Of a stretch of 64,000 bases of DNA, positions 58,937 through 64,000 are shown piece by piece (position 1 is the first letter of the stretch; every line of letters begins with the position of its first letter). This DNA comes from a virus, in IMG/VR virus record IMGVR_UViG_3300047160_006886, positions 1 to 64,000 of that record. One strand, 5' to 3'. A program made the position numbers and the translations under genes. Under the pieces are notes generated by a model. It was not told the DNA's origin and ran no database searches. It worked only from the letters and a program-made list of their open reading frames with translations.

Positions 58937-61061
58937 GTCCCTCTCCTGTCTTCTCCTTGATCTTGACACCTTCCGACCAATTGTCCGTGTGCCACTTCAT
59001 CGACACCGGCGTGACCACACCGATGTCGTCTCCGCCCTGTCGCATCAGCCGTCGCAGCTCGCTCGCGATCCCGAGGTTGCTCCTCTCCGGTTCCTTGATC
59101 GGGTCTCCTCGCTTCGGGAAGGCGAAGAGCAGTTCATCATGCACTTGAAGGATGATCTTGCCTCCCGACCGCCTCCCCCGCTCGGTCCGTGTCAGGAAAT
59201 CGTGGCAGCGGATCTGGGCCTTCAACATCCACCAGCAGGCCGAACCGGACGTGTGGTACGACATCGGCAGCGTGGGCTTGACATTGCCCCGCTCCGTGCG
59301 AAAGCAAAGGATCGGATACCCTCGTTCGGGATCGACGGTCCGGTCGGGGATCGTCTCGACGAACCCGTGCTCGTCGGCGAACCGGATCAGGCTCCTCGCC
59401 AAGGCGTCGATCTTCGGGAACCGGTCCGAGACGAGGTCGAATCCGCCGACGACTCCGAACGTGGCATCGACCTTCTTCCTTTGAGCTCCGTACTGCCTCG
59501 CGAAGTTGCCGCACTTGATCCGGTGATACTGATACGGGAACTCCTCTTTGAAGCCTGCTCCCCTCACGGCACTGCGGAACTCCTTCGGGAAGAGCAGCTC
59601 AGCGACCACCGAGTGATAGCTGCCGAAGTGAGGAGGATCGTCGGGATGCTCGAAGACCCAGATCAAGTCGTTCTCGCCGACCTCGTATGCGGGCACTCGC
59701 AGCTCCAAGTTCTCGCCGTCCATCGAGCACCATTCCCAGCCCGGTTCGGGACCGAACATCCAGCGGATGTTGTGCCCCTTGCGGTCGGCGTCGAGACCGT
59801 CGGCAGCTTCCTCGGCGATCCCTTGTTGCGAGATCTGTTGACCATTCGGGTGTTCCGATGCCATCCGCAAATGGGCCGTCGCCGTCGGGTTGAGGTTCGG
59901 GTGCAAGCGGAAGTGATCGGCGAGGTCGGCTCCGTCGTCGCCGGGGATCGGCAAGCCGTACTTCTCGTATGCCTTGACGAACGACAGGCCGGTCTGGCGG
60001 CGACGGTAAGCGAGCAAGTTGCTGATGAACGTGTGCGGCTTGCCCTTGGTCGAGAGCAGCCAGTCCTCCAGGACCTCCTTGTCCATCGACACGTTGCCCT
60101 TCTTCGTCCGCTTCGGATGAGACAACCCGAACTTGTCGAACACCACCGCGTTCAAGGCGTTCGAGCGGCCGTTCTTCGGCAACGCCTTGATCTCGCCATC
60201 GGCCGCATCGACGCACTTGCGGTGACACTCGGCGGCGGCTCGTTCGTATTGTCCTCCGAGCGTGCGGGCTCGGCTCTTGATGCCGGTCAGCCCGTTGCCC
60301 TCGATGCACACGACGACGGGATGGACTCGCATGGCCGTCTCGAAGATGGCCCACAACTTCCTCCGCCGGATCTCCCGCTCTTGATGTCGCCACAAGTGCC
60401 AGGTCGCGAACGAGTCGGCGTTGGCGTACTCGCTCGTCACGACCCAGAACCTGTGACCCATGCACCGGAAGCAGCCCCAGCCGACCCATTCGTGCCGGCA
60501 ATCCGGCTCGGGCCGAGGCCAGTCCTTCTCCAAAGCCAAGGCTCGCGGCAGCCAGTAATCGTATCGCCAGGTCTTCTCCTTCGCCGACGGCATCTCGGGC
60601 AGCTCATCGCTCGCGATCCGCCAGTCCGGGAAGTCGATCCGGGCCGCGTCCCTCGCCTCCTTCACCGCCTCTTCGAGCGTCTTCTCGAACGGGCCGATGT
60701 CGAGTCCCACGTCCCATGCCATCGATGTCAGATCGTGGGGTTGGTTCGTGGCGAGCAGATGCCCAGCCCGCAAGGTGCAGCGTGTCTTCTCCCACGGCCA
60801 CTCGTCGGCCTTGACACAGCCGGCCCGGTCGAGGACGCGGACATCAAACTTCGCATTTTGCAGACACAGCTCATCGGCGGAGAGGATCAGCTCGCGGATC
60901 TCGGCGAGATCGTCCTCGGGAATCTCCGGCCTGCGGGTGAAAGGATCGACCGGCCATTCCCAGAACCTTTGACTTTCGTCTCCGGTGCAGGTCGTGACCA
61001 GGAACGGCAGAGCACCATGAAACAGATCGACGCCCGTAACTTCTGTGTCAATCGACAGCAT
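58866..61061 (-). CDS. polA: Family A DNA polymerase with 3'-5' exonuclease
   Basis: Exo motifs DTE, NAKFD and YANAD; motif A DGENLELRV, motif B RIKCGNFARQYG, motif C QVHDE. Confidence 0.92.
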   Translation of the reverse strand: MLSIDTEVTGVDLFHGALPFLVTTCTGDESQRFWEWPVDPFTRRPEIPEDDLAEIRELILSADELCLQNAKFDVRVLDRAGCVKADEWPWEKTRCTLRAGHLLATNQPHDLTSMAWDVGLDIGPFEKTLEEAVKEARDAARIDFPDWRIASDELPEMPSAKEKTWRYDYWLPRALALEKDWPRPEPDCRHEWVGWGCFRCMGHRFWVVTSEYANADSFATWHLWRHQEREIRRRKLWAIFETAMRVHPVVVCIEGNGLTGIKSRARTLGGQYERAAAECHRKCVDAADGEIKALPKNGRSNALNAVVFDKFGLSHPKRTKKGNVSMDKEVLEDWLLSTKGKPHTFISNLLAYRRRQTGLSFVKAYEKYGLPIPGDDGADLADHFRLHPNLNPTATAHLRMASEHPNGQQISQQGIAEEAADGLDADRKGHNIRWMFGPEPGWEWCSMDGENLELRVPAYEVGENDLIWVFEHPDDPPHFGSYHSVVAELLFPKEFRSAVRGAGFKEEFPYQYHRIKCGNFARQYGAQRKKVDATFGVVGGFDLVSDRFPKIDALARSLIRFADEHGFVETIPDRTVDPERGYPILCFRTERGNVKPTLPMSYHTSGSACWWMLKAQIRCHDFLTRTERGRRSGGKIILQVHDELLFAFPKRGDPIKEPERSNLGIASELRRLMRQGGDDIGVVTPVSMKWHTDNWSEGVKIKEKTGEGHANGRAKVSSNGKSSPRDFASTR

Positions 61062-61105
61062 GATCCACACCGCACCATCGACATGCCAAGGGAGGGGAAG
61101 GCGAG

Positions 61106-61156
61106 GGAAAAGACCTGCGTGAGCGAGAGGAGAAGCGGCGCTCACTCACGCAGGCG
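61106..61156 (-). terminator. Terminator-like hairpin upstream of polA
   Basis: CCTGCGTGAGTGAG...CTCGCTCACGCAGG followed by TCTTTT. Confidence 0.55.
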
Positions 61157-61310
61157 TCAAGGGGGAACAGGATGAACCGGCGGGCCGGGAAGCCGGAGGA
61201 CTGCAACCTGCGTCATCCTCTCTCGGAGTCGCCATAAGACTCATGTCCGCTAGTCAAGACGTTAGGCCACGCAGCGTTCTGAGGTTTGACGGCTTCCTTC
61301 GGCCCTCAGA

Positions 61311-62447
61311 TCAATCGTGAATCAGGTCGGCCCACGGGATGGCTTGGGGCAGACCGCCGGAGACGATCATCTTCTTCGTGGTGTTGTTCTTGGCCGTGAC
61401 GGTTTCTTTCTTCTCGTTGACGGTGACCACTTCGATCTCGATGGCCTTGAGCGGCTTTTTCGTGGTCTTGTCTCGTAGTGGGTTGCCTTTGGCATCCGTC
61501 GGCTTCCACTTGACCACGGCACCCTTCTCGGGCTTCCACGCTTCCGGCTCGGAGGTTTCTTCCTGCTGCCCCTCTCCCTCGTCCCCGGCGGATTGAGCGG
61601 TCTTGATCGACGCGGCCACATCGTCCCAGCTCGGCATGTCGGCCGCTCCCTCAACCCCGCATTCGGCGGCCAACTCCAAGAGCCGTTCGCGATACGGCTT
61701 GGCTTGATCATCGTCCTCGCCGTTGGCAGCTTCGAGGAGCTGGTCCACGTCGAGGTCGGCGAGGGCGACTTGGCCCTCGTTGTCGGACGGCTCGTCGACG
61801 GCCGGAGCACGATCACTGCTCGCGTCGCCGGCCTCTCCGCTCGTCTCGTCCGAGGTCACGCCGGCTCCCGGGTCGACCTGGCCGTTGTACTCGCATTTGG
61901 CGAGCATGTTCGTGAACACGCCGCCCTCGATGGTCTTCTTCGGGTCTTTCGGGTCGGGTCGGTCCTTGGCTTTCGCCGTGGAGTAGTTGAAGTATGGCTT
62001 GTCCTTCTGCAGGTGCTCCAAGATGCCGTCCATCTGCTCGAACGATACGGCCTCCATGCTCTTGACGCCGAGGAGCCTGCCGACGTGATCGAGCATGAAA
62101 TTGTACCAGTTCTTGAGGCTGCCCGGGATCTTCTGCGGGCCGATGGTCCGCTTTGGCGTATCGCACATCGGGAACATGAACGGTCCGACGAGCTGCCCGG
62201 CCACTTGCACGCCGTCGTGCTCCTCGGGAGTCTTGGCCACGCCCATGAGCAGCACGTAAGGCTTGCCTTGATTGTCTCCCGAATCGTACTTGCCAACCCT
62301 CGCTTGCGTCAGCTGAGCGACGCCCCGGTTGATGCCGGCAGGCAGTCCTCCTCCCGACACCGGGTTCGACTTCGTCTCCTCATGCACCTGCTTGCCCCGT
62401 TGCCCGAGGGCTGCGGCAAGCGTCGTCTTCGCGGTCTGTCCTGGCAT
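61311..62447 (-). CDS. Probable single-stranded DNA-binding protein with acidic linker
   Basis: LPAG...AQL...GKPY OB-type start; acidic central region; located between the AAA recombinase and polA. Confidence 0.6.
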   Translation of the reverse strand: MPGQTAKTTLAAALGQRGKQVHEETKSNPVSGGGLPAGINRGVAQLTQARVGKYDSGDNQGKPYVLLMGVAKTPEEHDGVQVAGQLVGPFMFPMCDTPKRTIGPQKIPGSLKNWYNFMLDHVGRLLGVKSMEAVSFEQMDGILEHLQKDKPYFNYSTAKAKDRPDPKDPKKTIEGGVFTNMLAKCEYNGQVDPGAGVTSDETSGEAGDASSDRAPAVDEPSDNEGQVALADLDVDQLLEAANGEDDDQAKPYRERLLELAAECGVEGAADMPSWDDVAASIKTAQSAGDEGEGQQEETSEPEAWKPEKGAVVKWKPTDAKGNPLRDKTTKKPLKAIEIEVVTVNEKKETVTAKNNTTKKMIVSGGLPQAIPWADLIHD

Positions 62448-62540
62448 GATCTTTCGTCCTCACTTTCTGCTGATGAAAATGGGGAGCCGTACTGTGCTCC
62501 GTCGAGCGTTTCCGGACTCCCCGGCCACGTGGATTTCCCT

Positions 62541-63449
62541 TCATTTTACGACAGTTTTCGGCAAATTCTTGAGCGGCGAGACGGGATCGCCCCGGCTCAG
62601 CTTGTCGATGATCTCGAACGCCGAGACCGTCGGTCTTTGCCCGGTCCGGCCGAGCACGACGATCTCGGGCAGCAGGTCCGGCCTGGTCGTGCGGAACTTC
62701 GTGTAATACGTGTCGAGCTGATCGCAGCAACGCAGGCAATATTCGGTCCCGGCCCGCACCTTGCTCACGGCGTCTGTGCCTGGAATCTTCTGCTCGACGA
62801 ATCGAGGCCGGAGAAAAGTCTGGACAAAGAAATCGAACTCGCGGTTGAGGAACAGGCACACCGACGGTGTCGTGCCGGCGTTCACGACCGGGGCGATGAT
62901 GTCTGATGTCTTGTCCTCCTCCGTGCCGGAGAAGACCCGCTCGTGGGCGACCACGACCAGGTGACCGGGCAAGTTCAGGAGTGGGCGGAACATGTCCTTG
63001 ATGTCGATGGCGATCTGTCCCCATGTCCGCTTGTTGTCGCCGATGATGGGACGTTGCAACGGCACCTCCTCCAGGCCAAGGACTTCCTTCAGGTCGAGGT
63101 CTTGGAGTCCGCCGACGTGGTCCAGGACCACAGTAGCGAAGCTCGGAGCCTCCTCCTTGACGATCCGGCGGAACTGATCCGTGGACGAGATCACCGTCGC
63201 CTTGACCTTCTTCCGCATCTCGGGCGTGTTGATGCTCCGCAACTCGCCGGGCCTCAGACCGGACGAGCACACGAGGGCCAAGATCGGTCCCGGAAACGAT
63301 GACCAGAGCGTGGTCTTGCCGGTGCGGCTCTGCCCATACACCACGAGCCGGATCTGGTCGATGAAGTCCCAGGCCGACTGATCAACCGTCGATTTCTGAC
63401 TCAGGGACGGCCTGCTGTTGCTTGCGACTTGCTTCGTCACCGTCGGCAT
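62541..63449 (-). CDS. AAA_24/Sak4-like ATPase
   Basis: VVYGQSRTGKTT, TVVLD, WG and VVVAHE. Confidence 0.8.
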   Translation of the reverse strand: MPTVTKQVASNSRPSLSQKSTVDQSAWDFIDQIRLVVYGQSRTGKTTLWSSFPGPILALVCSSGLRPGELRSINTPEMRKKVKATVISSTDQFRRIVKEEAPSFATVVLDHVGGLQDLDLKEVLGLEEVPLQRPIIGDNKRTWGQIAIDIKDMFRPLLNLPGHLVVVAHERVFSGTEEDKTSDIIAPVVNAGTTPSVCLFLNREFDFFVQTFLRPRFVEQKIPGTDAVSKVRAGTEYCLRCCDQLDTYYTKFRTTRPDLLPEIVVLGRTGQRPTVSAFEIIDKLSRGDPVSPLKNLPKTVVK

Positions 63450-63609
63450 GTGGTTGTCCTTTCTCCAACAATTCCGACCTGAAGATGGGCACCTCTCGCG
63501 GTGCCTCGATCCCCAGCCGGACCTTGCCTCTGTCTATCTCCCTGACCGTGACGACCACGTCATCACCGATCACGATTGACTCTCCCAACTTCCTGACGAT
63601 TACAAGCAT
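63382..63609 (-). CDS. csrA: Carbon storage regulator CsrA
   Basis: MLVIVRKLGESIVIGDDVVVTV..I..GKVRLGIEAPREVPIFRSEL; AAGGAG RBS. Confidence 0.95.
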   Translation of the reverse strand: MLVIVRKLGESIVIGDDVVVTVREIDRGKVRLGIEAPREVPIFRSELLEKGQPHADGDEASRKQQQAVPESEIDG

Positions 63610-63634
63610 CAGAGACTCCTTTCCTCGTTCGGCG

Positions 63635-64000
63635 TCATTGTAACTCCGGAAAGAGATTCATGACCCTCTGCATTCCTACCATTGAACCGGTGGCAAGATG
63701 ATAGTCCATGTCGGAAGGACGCCCCTCCAGTAAAGGATTCCACACGCCGTATGGTAATCTAAAGTGCAGCGATTTCGCTCCTCCCCATACCTTGCAGTTG
63801 CCATCGTCGTTGACTACTTGCCACCAATCGCAGAGCTGCTCCAGGATCGGATCGAGGCACTGCCGCTTGAACTTGGCGATGTCCTCCTGACTGATCTCGA
63901 CCTTCCAGCGGTAGAACCAGCCGTCAGGAGCATCCGGGGTCGCCATCCATTCGCGGATCTTCTCCTGCAACCGCTCGCACAGGTGAGCGATGGACTCATC
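63635..64000 (-). CDS. C-terminal part of a probable PD-(D/E)XK/Cas4-like exonuclease (5' end outside window)
   Basis: Frame open to the window edge; WFYRW.V motif; sits next to the Sak4/SSB genes. Confidence 0.45.
   Translation of the reverse strand, partial: DESIAHLCERLQEKIREWMATPDAPDGWFYRWKVEISQEDIAKFKRQCLDPILEQLCDWWQVVNDDGNCKVWGGAKSLHFRLPYGVWNPLLEGRPSDMDYHLATGSMVGMQRVMNLFPELQ

Noticed and set aside
12745-61092. CCCTTGGCA motif as sigma54 -24 box
   Set aside because: No TTGC -12 element at the required spacing in the copies checked.
58935-61175. Long plus-strand ORFs (e.g. 746 aa here, also 37927-39261, 57008-58249 and 23740-24966)
   Set aside because: Antisense shadows of well-supported minus-strand genes in GC-rich DNA; no recognisable motifs.
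1-64000. Genome-wide UGA reassignment (code 4/25)
   Set aside because: Many genes end in TGA with ATGA/GTGA coupling and Trp is encoded by TGG, so any recoding is site-specific.

Overview
This is a 64 kb segment of a large, GC-rich tailed dsDNA phage or prophage (Caudoviricetes). The host is probably a planctomycete; this is inferred from planctomycete-type cytochrome c domains, csrA and many signal-peptide proteins. Almost all genes are on the minus strand. In transcription order (right to left) the window holds: replication genes (csrA, AAA ATPase, SSB-like protein, PolA, primase-helicase); two DNA methyltransferases plus a truncated third; a single plus-strand wHTH-DUF2924 gene; terS and terL; a diverged second capsid-protein paralog; a DUF1073-type portal; accessory enzymes; a 1744-aa MuF polyprotein; a DUF2924-kinase-ADP-ribosyltransferase protein; a DUF2213-like prohead protease; an 1812-aa scaffold/cargo ORF; the major capsid protein; a CXXCH cytochrome cassette; an S53 protease; and neck genes. 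Three observations stand out. (1) The head proteins look like polyproteins: effector modules (2H phosphoesterase, HAD, RelA/SpoT, zincins, ParB, kinase, ART) are delimited by a [VTIA]-x-Asn motif, and many are followed by short repeated tags (AFCxTGxGGGxDxSC, WTEEARQAA, RDExGRF). This suggests an Asn-specific, protease-released cargo-delivery system. (2) A single in-frame UGA in a C-P-T-stop context joins the protease and scaffold ORFs and is followed by a bacterial SECIS-like hairpin. The same apical GCAGUUGC hairpin recurs after a second in-frame UGA, making this a candidate for phage selenocysteine or readthrough recoding. (3) There are duplicated structured RNA motifs and a recurrent intergenic CCCTTGGC motif. 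All family assignments come from motif recognition by eye; no database search was run.
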